DNA of 64,000 nt from Minisyncoccota bacterium (GTDB lineage: Bacteria; Patescibacteriota; Minisyncoccia; Phycocordibacterales; Phycocordibacteraceae), in contig DASWNF010000014.1 in NCBI GenBank assembly GCA_036399335.1, positions 3,687-67,686 of the forward strand, in the 5' to 3' direction. Within the stretch, counting starts at the first letter, position 1. Each line of letters opens with the position of its first letter. A program made the position numbers and the translations under genes. A model generated the notes under the pieces. That model worked only from the letters and a program-made list of their open reading frames with translations, made no database searches and was not told the DNA's origin. Below, piece by piece: positions 49,664-58,953 of this stretch.

Positions 49664-50155
49664 GTGCCTACGGACCTACATACGGAGGAAGAGGCCATGA
49701 CTGATCTACCGCTCATTGCGGCGTTAACCACCCCGCCCCCCTGGTGGAACGGGCACGACCTTACGTGGACCGCGATCCGGAGGGGCACGACGCTCAAGCT
49801 CACCGCTGAAGGGCGCGTACTCGAAATCTCTGCCATCGGACGGTCGGGGAGTTTCCGCCTTTGCTACACCATCGAGCACGGGAACGGCACGACCGCCCAC
49901 CAAATCAGCGGCCTCCCTGCGGTGAGGATTGAAAAGATGTTCGCCTTGCGGCGAGGCAGCCCGAGCGACTGGCGCATATTTCCCGGCATCGGCATCGTGG
50001 CCGACGCTGGGGAGCGGGGCGAGTTTTGTCGCACTAAGGGATACCTGAACATCCCGCACCCCGGCATCGGCCACCCCGGCGACCCCAATCTCTCGTTGCT
50101 CATCACCGAGGACATCCGCAAGGCAGTCGAAGACTTTCTTGCCTGGGTCCCGTGA
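49664..50155 (+). CDS. hypothetical protein (163 aa)
   Basis: ORF followed by a strong terminator. No family recognised. Confidence 0.5.
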   Translation: MPTDLHTEEEAMTDLPLIAALTTPPPWWNGHDLTWTAIRRGTTLKLTAEGRVLEISAIGRSGSFRLCYTIEHGNGTTAHQISGLPAVRIEKMFALRRGSPSDWRIFPGIGIVADAGERGEFCRTKGYLNIPHPGIGHPGDPNLSLLITEDIRKAVEDFLAWVP

Positions 50156-50163
50156 CGGACCCC

Positions 50164-50196
50164 CGGCGCTGCCTTTGGCAGCGCCGGTTTTTTTAT
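50164..50196. terminator. bidirectional terminator
   Basis: ccggcgctgcctttggcagcgccggttttttta. Confidence 0.8.
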
Positions 50197-50780
50197 ACCG
50201 ACTCGAGAAAGGCGCGCGCCTTCCGGAACGCCTTCCCGCGGTGGGATATCGCGTTCTCCTGCTCAGTCGTCATTTCCGCCCAGCAAAGCTCCTCGCCCTC
50301 CGGGACGAATAAGGGGCTATAGGGCATCTTGGGCTGCGGCTGTACGCGCGGCGCCTCAAGGACGCGCCCGTGTACCTCTCCCTCGAATGCGTGCTCCTCT
50401 CCCTCCGGCGACACGGCAACGACGACCGTCCTAAAGGTGGCCGAACGGTCGGCGGCTCCGTTGAGGCGCTCCAAGCAGTACGCCGTAATTTCATCCGTGG
50501 TGACGTCGCCAGCCCAGCGCGCCGAATGCACTCCCGGTTCCCCGTCCAGCGCCGTGATGAATATGCCCGAATCATCTGCCATCGCCCAGAGGCCGGGCGC
50601 GCGCTCATGCGCATACCAAGCTTTCTTCCCTGCGTTTTCGCGCAAGGTCGCGCCGTCCTCGACGGCTTCCCCGTCGATGCCCGCTTCCTTAAGCGTACGG
50701 ACCTGCACCGGAGACCCGGTAAAGACTTCCCGTATCTGGAGCGCCTTGCTCGGGTTCGTGGTCGAGAGTATGACGTCCAT
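50193..50780 (-). CDS. rdgB: non-canonical purine NTP pyrophosphatase (RdgB/HAM1 family)
   Basis: MDVILSTTNPSKALQIREVF...EAGIDGEAVEDGATLRENA...SARWAGD... matches Ham1 motifs. Confidence 0.88.
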   Translation of the reverse strand: MDVILSTTNPSKALQIREVFTGSPVQVRTLKEAGIDGEAVEDGATLRENAGKKAWYAHERAPGLWAMADDSGIFITALDGEPGVHSARWAGDVTTDEITAYCLERLNGAADRSATFRTVVVAVSPEGEEHAFEGEVHGRVLEAPRVQPQPKMPYSPLFVPEGEELCWAEMTTEQENAISHRGKAFRKARAFLESV

Positions 50781-52054
50781 TAAGAGAAGGATTCGGGAAT
50801 GGGATGCAGGGCGGCAAGTTCGGCGACGCGCGCACGCGCAACCCTGACGGTTTCGCTATCACGCTTCTCGAGCACCTCGAGCATGAGGCGGGCGACCTCG
50901 CGCACCTCATCTTCCTTGAAGCCGCGCGTCGTCATCGCCGGCGTGCCAAAGCGGATGCCGGACGGATCCATCGGGGAGCGTGTATCATCGGCTATCGAGT
51001 TCTTATTGAGCGTCATACCGGCCTCGTCAAGAAGCGTCTCGGCTTCGGCGCCCGCGATGCCAAAGGACGTGAAGACGTCAGCGAGGAGGAGATGGTTATC
51101 CGTGCCTCCCGTGATGAGCCGCGTGCCGCGCTCCTTGAACACCTCGGCCATGGCGCGCGCGTTTGCGACCACCTGCGCGGCATACGTCTTGAAGGACGGG
51201 TCGAGCGCTTCGCGGAAGCTGATCGCCTTCGCGGCTATCTGGTGCATGTGCGGGCCGCCTTGGAGCCCCGGGAATACGGCCTTGTCTATCTTCTTGGCGA
51301 GTTCCTCCGCGCCGTCACCTTGGCGCGTGAGTATCATGCCGCCGCGCGGTCCGCGGAGCGTCTTGTGGGTCGTCGTCGTGAGGACGTCGAAGCCGTGGTC
51401 GAAAGGGTTCTTGGCCGCGCCTCCGGCGATGAGCCCGGCGATGTGCGCGACGTCGGCAACGGCATACGCGTCGACCTCTTTTGCGATGTCCGCGATGCGC
51501 GCCCAGTCGAGCTCGCGCGGGTATGCGGAGAAACCGGCGAGCACTATCTTGGGGCGCTCCTTAAGCGCCGTCTCGCGGAGCTGGTCGTAATCTATCTCCC
51601 CCGTCTCGATGTTCTTCATCTTGTACCGGACGAAGTTGAACACCTTCGAGATGTACGTCACCGGATGGCCGTGGGTAAGGTGCCCGCCGTGCGAGAGATC
51701 CATGCCAAGGACGGTGTCTCCGGGCTGGAGAAGGGCCATGTACATGGCGATGTTCGCATTAGCGCCTCCCAGGGGCTGCACGTTCGCGTGTCCCGCATTA
51801 AAGAGCTGCTTCGCGCGCTCGATGGCGACGCGCTCTACTTTGTCGGTAAATTCCTGGCCACCGTAGTAGCGCTTCCCCGGGTACCCTTCCGAGTACTTGT
51901 TCGTTAAGGTCGAGGCCATGGCTTCGCGCACGGCACTCGAGACGTAATTCTCGGACGGGATCAGTTCAAGCCCTTCGGCTTGGCGCTTCTCTTCCCCTGC
52001 TATGGCGGCATATACGTCCGGGTCTTCTTGTTCGATGTGAGAATAGGAATGCAT
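50780..52054 (-). CDS. glyA: serine hydroxymethyltransferase
   Basis: GGHLTHGHPV and the PLP-lysine context TTTHKTLRGPRGG. Confidence 0.95.
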   Translation of the reverse strand: MHSYSHIEQEDPDVYAAIAGEEKRQAEGLELIPSENYVSSAVREAMASTLTNKYSEGYPGKRYYGGQEFTDKVERVAIERAKQLFNAGHANVQPLGGANANIAMYMALLQPGDTVLGMDLSHGGHLTHGHPVTYISKVFNFVRYKMKNIETGEIDYDQLRETALKERPKIVLAGFSAYPRELDWARIADIAKEVDAYAVADVAHIAGLIAGGAAKNPFDHGFDVLTTTTHKTLRGPRGGMILTRQGDGAEELAKKIDKAVFPGLQGGPHMHQIAAKAISFREALDPSFKTYAAQVVANARAMAEVFKERGTRLITGGTDNHLLLADVFTSFGIAGAEAETLLDEAGMTLNKNSIADDTRSPMDPSGIRFGTPAMTTRGFKEDEVREVARLMLEVLEKRDSETVRVARARVAELAALHPIPESFS

Positions 52055-52121
52055 GATGGTTGTGGTTGGCCGGTTAGTGGGAGCTCCTCATGTCCTGTCT
52101 CATGGTGGTATGCGTTAGCTC

Positions 52122-53090
52122 TTACCCGTGCAGCTTCTTGTTGTATCCGCCGATGACGGTAAGCGGTGCCTTTATAGGCGGATGGGACTCGTACCCTACA
52201 AGCTCTACGTATTCTGGGCGGAACGAATCGAGTGAGTCGAACTCCTGCGTAAATCGTATCTGCGGGAAGTTCATCGGCTCGCGCGAAAGCTGTTCTTCTG
52301 CCTGCGCCTTGTGATTCTCGTATATATGCACGTCACCGAACGTGTGGATGTATTCGCCCGCCTCCCGTCCGAGAAGTTTCGCGATGATATGGGCAAGAAG
52401 CGCATAGCTCGCGATGTTGAACGGCACGCCGAGGAAGATATCAGCCGTCCGCTGGTAGAGCTGCAGGCACACCTTCTCTTCCTTTATGTTGAGTTGGTAC
52501 ATGTTATGGCAGATCGGGAATCTCGCGCCTTCACCCGGACGTGCCATGTTGTATAGGTATTCAGGATTCCAGGACGTCACGAGCGTGTTGTGGGCATACG
52601 GATCTTTCCGCAGTTCTTCTACCGCCCATGCGAGCTGGTCGATTTTTCTGCCGTCGTGCGCCTCCCACTTCCTCCACTGCTCTCCGTAAATATGCGGCAG
52701 GTGACCATGCGCGTCTGCAAATGCTTCGTCTTCGGCAATGCGGGTTATGAACTCCTCTTTAGTCATCTTGGGTTCCTCACCTTTTTCCGTTTTCTCAAGA
52801 TAGATTTTGTACGGGTAGTCGTCCCAAATATGCACGTTGTTATCGACGAGGTACTTGATATTCGTCTGGCCCGACATGAACCAATAGAGCTCATGGAGAA
52901 TGCCGTTCCAATAGGTCTTCTTGGTCGTAAGGACGGGCAGGCCCTGGGACAGGTCAAAGCGTATCTGGCGCCCAAATACACTGTACGTCTTAACGCCCGT
53001 CCCACTGTCGACCTGTTCTTCTCCCTTCTCAAGCGTCTCCCGCAGGAGATCGAGGTACTGGTATTCGGGATGGCGGGAGTCTTTTTCCAT
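52122..53090 (-). CDS. thyA: thymidylate synthase (ThyA, long form with insertions)
   Basis: RHPEYQYLDLL, TKKTYWNGILHELYWFMSGQTN, catalytic Cys context ARFPICHNMYQL. Confidence 0.93.
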   Translation of the reverse strand: MEKDSRHPEYQYLDLLRETLEKGEEQVDSGTGVKTYSVFGRQIRFDLSQGLPVLTTKKTYWNGILHELYWFMSGQTNIKYLVDNNVHIWDDYPYKIYLEKTEKGEEPKMTKEEFITRIAEDEAFADAHGHLPHIYGEQWRKWEAHDGRKIDQLAWAVEELRKDPYAHNTLVTSWNPEYLYNMARPGEGARFPICHNMYQLNIKEEKVCLQLYQRTADIFLGVPFNIASYALLAHIIAKLLGREAGEYIHTFGDVHIYENHKAQAEEQLSREPMNFPQIRFTQEFDSLDSFRPEYVELVGYESHPPIKAPLTVIGGYNKKLHG

Positions 53091-53093
53091 GTT

Positions 53094-53693
53094 TTATTTC
53101 TTAGGCTTTTTTGCGGGCTTCTTTAGGGACTTCGCTGCCTTCGTGCTTTCGATTCGCTTCGGCACGAAGTGCGCGGAGTTCTTCTTGTCGTAGCGGCCGA
53201 TCTTCTGGTAATCCTGGCTCGTCGGGCTCGTGAGCCTCGCGAACATGAGCTGGGCGACTTCCATGCCTGGGCGGAGGATGAGCGGAACGTTGTTCGTATT
53301 CACGAGCTCGAAGGTCGGGTAGAAATGGTGGCCCGGGTTGAAGAGCATGGCCGTGTTATGCACGACGAGGCCGGCGCGGGCGAGCGAGCTTTTGCCTGAC
53401 AGGAGGATGAGATGCTCGTTGTCGACGCCGATGAATTCGCGCTGCTTGCCGAGGACGCTCTCGCCGGGATGGAGGATGAACGCTTCCCCGTCCTTCACCT
53501 TCACCGTGCGGGTCTTGGGGTAGATCTTCTTCGCCGGATCGATAGAGGCGGTTATGTGGCGGTCGGTCACGTCGAACTCGTTGCCGAGCGTGACGTCATA
53601 GCTTGCTACCTGGAGCTGCTTCTCATGGAACGGGCGGATGACGATTTGCTTCGCCTCAAGTGCCTTCTTAATGTCGACGTCGGATAGGAACAT
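53094..53693 (-). CDS. dcd: dCTP deaminase (dUTPase superfamily), with Lys-rich C-terminal tail
   Basis: MFLSDVDIKKALE, ASYDVTLG and VHNTAMLFNPGHHF motifs. Tail KAAKSLKKPAKKPKK. Confidence 0.88.
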   Translation of the reverse strand: MFLSDVDIKKALEAKQIVIRPFHEKQLQVASYDVTLGNEFDVTDRHITASIDPAKKIYPKTRTVKVKDGEAFILHPGESVLGKQREFIGVDNEHLILLSGKSSLARAGLVVHNTAMLFNPGHHFYPTFELVNTNNVPLILRPGMEVAQLMFARLTSPTSQDYQKIGRYDKKNSAHFVPKRIESTKAAKSLKKPAKKPKK

Positions 53694-53694
53694 A

Positions 53695-54381
53695 TTATTC
53701 GATTATGAATACCTTAGTAGTGCCATAGTACTCCGGCCAGTGCTCGTTGTAATGCTTGAACATCCGCTCGAGCCGGTCCTGCGGCAGCTCCTCAACGCCA
53801 AGCAGCCGCATGACTTCCTCAAGCTCCGCCCTGCTCGCCTCGACTTCTGCCGGGTCGTCGATGACCTTCTCGAACTCGACGAGGTAGCCGTAGCCCGCAT
53901 TGCGGTCGATGCAGACGGTCACGCCCGGCACCTCGTACACTTCGCGCGCGCGCGACCACTTCGCCTGGTACGCGTACCCGGCCTCGAGTATCTCCGTATC
54001 GAGCTCGTCGAGGGTCATCCCCTCGACGGGTGCATCCACCTCAACGCGCACGACGCCGTTCTCGCTCGAGTCGTCCCCGAGCGATGCCTTTACGACGAAG
54101 CGCGCAAGCCCGTCCACTTCGCGCGTGCGCACCGAAGCGGACGCGGCGCGCTCGACGATACGGGCGAGGTTTGCCCGGTCGTTCCCGGTTAGGCGCGGCG
54201 CGATGCGCTCAGCGAGCGTCGCCAGGTCGCCCCCTTCGAAATAGTGGTTCAGCTGCTTCTCGCGCAGGCTCGCGCCGACGCCCGGGAATTCGGCCGCGAG
54301 CTTATTGCGGAAGTCATGCGCTGCCTGCTCATCGCCCAACAGGCACTTGATCTCGATCTCCAATTGCTCGGCCGCGCTCAT
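53695..54381 (-). CDS. CYTH-domain protein (class IV adenylyl cyclase / triphosphatase-like)
   Basis: N-terminal EIEIKCLL (EXEXK signature) plus acidic beta-barrel pattern. 228 aa. Confidence 0.7.
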   Translation of the reverse strand: MSAAEQLEIEIKCLLGDEQAAHDFRNKLAAEFPGVGASLREKQLNHYFEGGDLATLAERIAPRLTGNDRANLARIVERAASASVRTREVDGLARFVVKASLGDDSSENGVVRVEVDAPVEGMTLDELDTEILEAGYAYQAKWSRAREVYEVPGVTVCIDRNAGYGYLVEFEKVIDDPAEVEASRAELEEVMRLLGVEELPQDRLERMFKHYNEHWPEYYGTTKVFIIE

Positions 54382-54427
54382 AGTATTGCTAGTATACTAT
54401 GACGGTAACCACACCTGAATCCCGACC

Positions 54428-54934
54428 ATGCCCGAGAAAATAAGCCGCATTTCAGCAGTCGCCGCCATAGGCACGCGTACCCGAGCCCTTGGCAAGGAGG
54501 GCGCCCTCATCTGGAGTTTCCCTGAAGACGTGCGGCGCTTTAAGGCGCTCACGCTCGGCCACCCGGTGGTCATGGGACGGAAGACTTGGGAATCAATTCC
54601 GAATAAGTACCGCCCGCTCCCTGGCCGCACGAATATCGTCGTCACGCGCTCTGCGGACTTCTCTGCCGAAGGTGCCGTCGTCGTACACTCGCTTGAGGAG
54701 GCGCTTAGCGCCGCAAAGGGCGCGCCGGGAAGTGAGGAAATTTGCATCATTGGCGGCGGCGAAATATACCGCCTTGCCCTTCCCTTCACTGACCGCCTGT
54801 ACCTCACGCTCGTCGACGACGACATGGAAGGCGACGCGTACTTCCCCGAGTATCCGGAGTTTACGAACGTTATTGAGGACGAGCGCCATCCCGAGGACAT
54901 TCCGCCTTACGCATTTATTACGCTCGACCGATAA
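54428..54934 (+). CDS. folA: dihydrofolate reductase
   Basis: ISAVAAIGTRTRALGKEGALIWSFPEDVRRFKALTLGHPVVMGRKTWESIP, TNIVVTRS, IIGGGEIY. Confidence 0.92.
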   Translation: MPEKISRISAVAAIGTRTRALGKEGALIWSFPEDVRRFKALTLGHPVVMGRKTWESIPNKYRPLPGRTNIVVTRSADFSAEGAVVVHSLEEALSAAKGAPGSEEICIIGGGEIYRLALPFTDRLYLTLVDDDMEGDAYFPEYPEFTNVIEDERHPEDIPPYAFITLDR

Positions 54935-54939
54935 AACGC

Positions 54940-55374
54940 ATGGATCTTGCAGGAGTCTTACGTGATTACACCTTCTGCATCGCATATGCGCCGCTTCCAG
55001 ACGAGGTAGATATACGCGCGAAGCTGCCCGCGCATTTGGAAGTACAGGTGCTCACTGACGACCCGCACACGAACCCAGCTAGTGAGGCAACCCGCGCTGC
55101 CGAGGTGGCGCGCAGGCATGAGGCGGTCGTACTCCTCCCTGGCCAGCGCTTCGATATGTCCGGTACGCGGTACGGGCGCGGCGGCGGCTGGTATGACCGA
55201 TTCCTTAGTGCCACGCCGAAGGAGTGGCTGCGCATCGGCACATGCTTCAGCGACCAAATGAGCGATGGCGTACTTACCCGCGAGCCATGGGACGAGCCCG
55301 TCGATTTTGTTTTGGTCGTTAGCCGCGATGACGGGCAGGTACGACTGGTTGAAACGAAGGCGCGCGCTAGTTAG
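54940..55374 (+). CDS. 5-formyltetrahydrofolate cyclo-ligase family protein
   Basis: RYGRGGGWYDRFL matches the G-x-G-G-G-Y-Y-D-R motif of the MTHFS/5-FCL family. Confidence 0.8.
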   Translation: MDLAGVLRDYTFCIAYAPLPDEVDIRAKLPAHLEVQVLTDDPHTNPASEATRAAEVARRHEAVVLLPGQRFDMSGTRYGRGGGWYDRFLSATPKEWLRIGTCFSDQMSDGVLTREPWDEPVDFVLVVSRDDGQVRLVETKARAS

Positions 55375-56128
55375 CTCCTCCCTTCTTCCACGGCACGTCC
55401 TTTAAGAAGGGCGCGAAGATGTCCTCCTCAATCCCGAAAGTATACGTATTAAAGTCTTCCTTCCTTCCGGTCTGCGCTTCGCGTACATACGGTACCCCGC
55501 GCATGCGCACGAGCGGAGTACCTTCATTCGCTTCCCCCATAACAAAGACGGCGGCGGCGGCAAGCGCATCAGGCACGTTCGTCTGGCTTCCACCGCTCGC
55601 GTGCCCGAGCAGGTCCTTCCGTACGCGGTTGTCATAGACCGGCTCAAACCCTGCCCAAGCAATGGCCATACCCACCACGCCGCGCCGCAAGAATACGCTC
55701 CGCGAATCCGTAATGATGAGATAAAGGTTCTTGCGCCCGTACTCTTTTTTAAACCAGGCGAGCATTTCCTCCGCCGCACCTTGCGGGTCTTCGGGCCAAA
55801 GCACGTAATACCCAGCAAACGGGTCGATACCGGCGTTCGGGATGAGCGTGCCGCCCTTAAGGGTATGCGTGACGAACTTCCCGGGCACCACGTCCTTGTC
55901 GAGGTAGGCGTCGGCCTCGCGGCGTATGAGCTCGTCGGCGTCGGTGCCTTCCTGCGGCACGCACCTCCCCTGCCCTATGGCGACGACCTTCGAGGAGATG
56001 GCGATGACGTCGTGCTCCTCAAGCGTTAGCGCGGATGCGCGAATCTTCGCGTACAAATCGTCCTTGGGCGGCATGAGGGTCGCGAGCGCAATGGGCGTAA
56101 TTTCCATGGAAGTTATTCTATACGCCAT
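55367..56128 (-). CDS. CofE-like (F420-0:gamma-glutamyl ligase family) protein, paralog 1
   Basis: DVIAISSKVVAIGQGRCV, TLIPNAGIDPF and ITDSRSVFLRRGVVGMAIAWAGF resemble the F420_ligase (PF01996) fold. Confidence 0.7.
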   Translation of the reverse strand: MAYRITSMEITPIALATLMPPKDDLYAKIRASALTLEEHDVIAISSKVVAIGQGRCVPQEGTDADELIRREADAYLDKDVVPGKFVTHTLKGGTLIPNAGIDPFAGYYVLWPEDPQGAAEEMLAWFKKEYGRKNLYLIITDSRSVFLRRGVVGMAIAWAGFEPVYDNRVRKDLLGHASGGSQTNVPDALAAAAVFVMGEANEGTPLVRMRGVPYVREAQTGRKEDFNTYTFGIEEDIFAPFLKDVPWKKGGAN

Positions 56129-56151
56129 GGGCGCGCTGGTATACTCACGAG

Positions 56152-56793
56152 ATGAGTCACCCGGAGGTGCCTAATCTCCATAAGCTTCTTATCGCACTGG
56201 CGATCTACCTTACGTCACTTCTTGCCGCAAACACTTTGGGGCTGAAAATTATTCCCTTCCTGTTTGATACCCACATATCGGTAGGCATCCTCTCATTCCC
56301 TATAGTGTTCCTGATGACTGATGTCGTGGGCGAGGTGTACGGCAAGAAGGTTTCAAAACTCTTCGTGCTGGCCGGGTTCGTCTCTACGGCGCTCTTCCTT
56401 ACGTACTCGCTCATTTCGCTTGCCTTGCCTTGGGCTGAGGCGGGGCTGTGGGCGAAAGAAGGATACGACCAGGTGTTTGGCGTGTCGGCGCGTATTGCCC
56501 TTGCATCGCTTCTCGCCTTTGCCGTCGCCGAATACCAGGACGTCTTTTCTTTTTTCTTCCTCAGGGCGCGCTTCGGTGAACGCTTGTTTTGGCTCCGCTC
56601 ACTCCTGTCTAATGCATGGTCTCAGTTGTTCGATTCGGTGATCTTTATGATCGTCGCTTTTGGGGGCGTATACGAGACTGGCGCACTCATTACGCTTATT
56701 ATCACATGGTGGCTCTTTAAGGTTGCCATGGGCTTCCTGTACACGCCCCTTAGCTACCTAGGGATCCGGCTACTGCGTGCACCTAGCACCTAA
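56152..56793 (+). CDS. YhhQ/Vut_1 family transporter (queuosine-precursor / vitamin uptake type)
   Basis: 213 aa, 6 TM. FPIVFLMTDVVGEVYGKK and the overall PF02592 pattern. Confidence 0.75.
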   Translation: MSHPEVPNLHKLLIALAIYLTSLLAANTLGLKIIPFLFDTHISVGILSFPIVFLMTDVVGEVYGKKVSKLFVLAGFVSTALFLTYSLISLALPWAEAGLWAKEGYDQVFGVSARIALASLLAFAVAEYQDVFSFFFLRARFGERLFWLRSLLSNAWSQLFDSVIFMIVAFGGVYETGALITLIITWWLFKVAMGFLYTPLSYLGIRLLRAPST

Positions 56794-56794
56794 C

Positions 56795-57499
56795 ATGGAA
56801 CTAACCGCAGTACACCTGAGGCGGCTCAGTCCGCCTCGTGACGACCTCTTCGCGGCACTTGAAGGCGTATTGCCCGCGCTCCAAGAAGGAGACGTGCTCG
56901 CCGTGGCCTCAAAGGTCGTGGCCATCCATGAGGGCCGCTGCGTCGCGAAGGACGAGGCCCAGAGGGAGGCGCTCATCAAAAGCGAAAGCGAGCGCATCAT
57001 ACCGACGACGACTCCTGGCGCCTGGGACCTCACGGTAAAGCACGACATGGTGGCCTTTGCGGGCGGCGTCGACGAGAGTAATGCGGGCGGGTACTTCGTG
57101 CTGCTTCCCGAAGACCCGATGCGCTCGGCTGCCGAGATACGCCGCAGGCTTCGTGAGAAGTATGCTCTCACTAACCTCGGTGTCGTCATCACCGACTCCA
57201 CCGCCCTGCCCTTCCGCCAGGGCGTCATCGCGCTCTCAATCGGGCACGCGGGCTTCCGTCCGGTGAACGACAAGACCGGTACGCATGACCTCTTCGGACG
57301 CGCGTTCAACTACACGTACATAAATGTCGCGGACTCAATTGCCGTTGCGGCCGCCTTCGTCATGGGTGAGACCGACGAATCGACACCTGCATGCATCGTC
57401 CGCGACGTCCCCCACATCGTCTTCTCGGATGAGAACCATGCCCAAGACATACGAATCCGCCCCGAAGACGACATCTACTTTCCCCTCTTTAACCGATAA
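56795..57499 (+). CDS. CofE-like (F420-0:gamma-glutamyl ligase family) protein, paralog 2
   Basis: DVLAVASKVVAIHEGRCV, VVITDSTALPFRQGVIALSIGHAGF are paralogous to 55367..56128. Start at MELTAVHL, after the YhhQ stop. Confidence 0.7.
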   Translation: MELTAVHLRRLSPPRDDLFAALEGVLPALQEGDVLAVASKVVAIHEGRCVAKDEAQREALIKSESERIIPTTTPGAWDLTVKHDMVAFAGGVDESNAGGYFVLLPEDPMRSAAEIRRRLREKYALTNLGVVITDSTALPFRQGVIALSIGHAGFRPVNDKTGTHDLFGRAFNYTYINVADSIAVAAAFVMGETDESTPACIVRDVPHIVFSDENHAQDIRIRPEDDIYFPLFNR

Positions 57500-57517
57500 C
57501 GAAAAAGCCGGCGCAAG
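57489..57517. terminator. bidirectional terminator between CofE-like paralog 2 and rplK
   Basis: aaaaagccggcgcaagccggcttttt. Confidence 0.8.
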
Positions 57518-57546
57518 CCGGCTTTTTCGTTATCCCTTGAGGGGCG

Positions 57547-57966
57547 TTACTTAACTTCCACTCCCATCGAACGCGCTGTGCCTTCCACCATGCGCTCCGC
57601 AGCTTCGAGCGAACCTGCATTCAGGTCAGGCATCTTCGTCTCCGCGATTTCACGGACCTGCGCGCGCGTGAGCGTGCCGGCGCGCTTAAGCGGGGTCTTG
57701 CCCGAACCCTTGTCGATGCCGAGGGCCTTTAGGATAAGGCGGGGCATCGGGGAGACCTTGAGCACGAAGGTGAAGGTGCGGTCGTCATACACGGTCATGT
57801 CGACCGGAATGATGACGCCTGGCTTGTCCTTCGTCGCCTCGTTGAACTTGTTCACGAAGTCGCCGATGTTCACGCCGGCAGGACCGAGGACGGTACCGAC
57901 TGGCGGAGCGGGAGTCGCCTTGCCTCCGGGGATCTGGAGTTTGATTTTCTTTACTACCTTAGCCAT
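57547..57966 (-). CDS. rplK: 50S ribosomal protein L11
   Basis: [42 protein letters not shown]... canonical L11. Confidence 0.95.
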   Translation of the reverse strand: MAKVVKKIKLQIPGGKATPAPPVGTVLGPAGVNIGDFVNKFNEATKDKPGVIIPVDMTVYDDRTFTFVLKVSPMPRLILKALGIDKGSGKTPLKRAGTLTRAQVREIAETKMPDLNAGSLEAAERMVEGTARSMGVEVK

Positions 57967-57990
57967 ATCAATGTGTTACGAGACTGTACC

Positions 57991-58560
57991 TTACAGCTTC
58001 CGGATTTGCAAAAAGTCGAGCTCGACGGGAGTCTCGCGGCCGAACATGGCAACCATGACCTTGATCTTGCCGCGTTCCTCGTCGATCTCGCCCACCTTCC
58101 CTTCGAGGTCCTTGAACGGGCCGTCGATGATGACGATTGGGTCGTCCTTCGTGAGGTCGATGCGGTGCTTGGGCGCTTCGGCGTCCATGCGCTTCATGAG
58201 GGTTGCGACTTCGGACTCTTCCATAGGGACCGGGGTCACGCCCGAGCCCACGAAGCCCGTCACGCGCGGCGTGTTGCGGACGACGAACCATGAGTCCTCG
58301 TCCACGATCATGCGCACGAGGATGTAGCCCGGGTAGATTTTCTCTTCCTCGACGATGCGCTTGCCGCCTTTGACGCGGATCTTCTTCTCCGTCGGTACGA
58401 CGACCTCGAAGATCTTGTTCTCCATGCCGAGGGATTCGATGCGCTGCTTCAGGTTCCTCTCGACGGCATTCTCATAGCCGGCGTAGGTATGGATGGTGTA
58501 CCAGCGGGGTTCCTGGTCCGCGGCTTCGTCTGAGAACTCGGGGGTAGTGCGTATCTCCAT
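57991..58560 (-). CDS. nusG: transcription termination/antitermination factor NusG
   Basis: RWYTIHTYAGYENAV NGN domain. C-terminal KOW GPFKDLEGKVGEIDEERGKIKVMV. Confidence 0.92.
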   Translation of the reverse strand: MEIRTTPEFSDEAADQEPRWYTIHTYAGYENAVERNLKQRIESLGMENKIFEVVVPTEKKIRVKGGKRIVEEEKIYPGYILVRMIVDEDSWFVVRNTPRVTGFVGSGVTPVPMEESEVATLMKRMDAEAPKHRIDLTKDDPIVIIDGPFKDLEGKVGEIDEERGKIKVMVAMFGRETPVELDFLQIRKL

Positions 58561-58576
58561 ACGGGGTGATTAGGGG

Positions 58577-58780
58577 TTAGTAAAGGAATAGGCCAAAACC
58601 GCGGGTAAAGACGTAATCGAGCGCCGCAATGAAGAGGGCCGTCAAGATCGTAATAAGGACGATAAGCGCGACATGGGTCAGCGCTTGGCGCTGCGGAGGC
58701 CACACGACGTGCGTGAGCTCTGCGCGGACGTTCTTGAGATACGTGACGAATGCGTTCATGGTGTGAGAATAAGCGCCCAA
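58577..58780 (-). CDS. secE: preprotein translocase subunit SecE
   Basis: 67 aa. VRAELTHVVWP motif followed by a single TM. Confidence 0.88.
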   Translation of the reverse strand: MGAYSHTMNAFVTYLKNVRAELTHVVWPPQRQALTHVALIVLITILTALFIAALDYVFTRGFGLFLY

Positions 58781-58921
58781 ATTAAAAAAGACCCGCGGGC
58801 CTTCAGTGGGAATAGGATACTACGGCCTATTTGCGGTGTCAATCGGTGATACTTGCCTACCCAGCCGTGGAACGAACTCGGTACTGACTATAAAAAACAA
58901 AGGGCCCGCATACAACGCGCC

Positions 58922-58950
58922 CTTTGCGGCTCTGGGACTATGTTGGGACG
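58922..58950. repeat. conserved ~30-bp intergenic motif, copy g (variant)
   Basis: ctttgcggctctgggactatgttgggacg. Abuts the TGA stop (58954..58956) of the nuclease gene, ~145 bp upstream of secE. Confidence 0.6.
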
Positions 58951-58953
58951 ATA

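Noticed and set aside
58795-58925. Possible tRNA or small RNA upstream of secE
   Set aside because: The ggaacgaactcgg segment does not form a canonical T-loop and no cloverleaf could be assembled. The hairpins present are better read as terminators or promoter-region structure.
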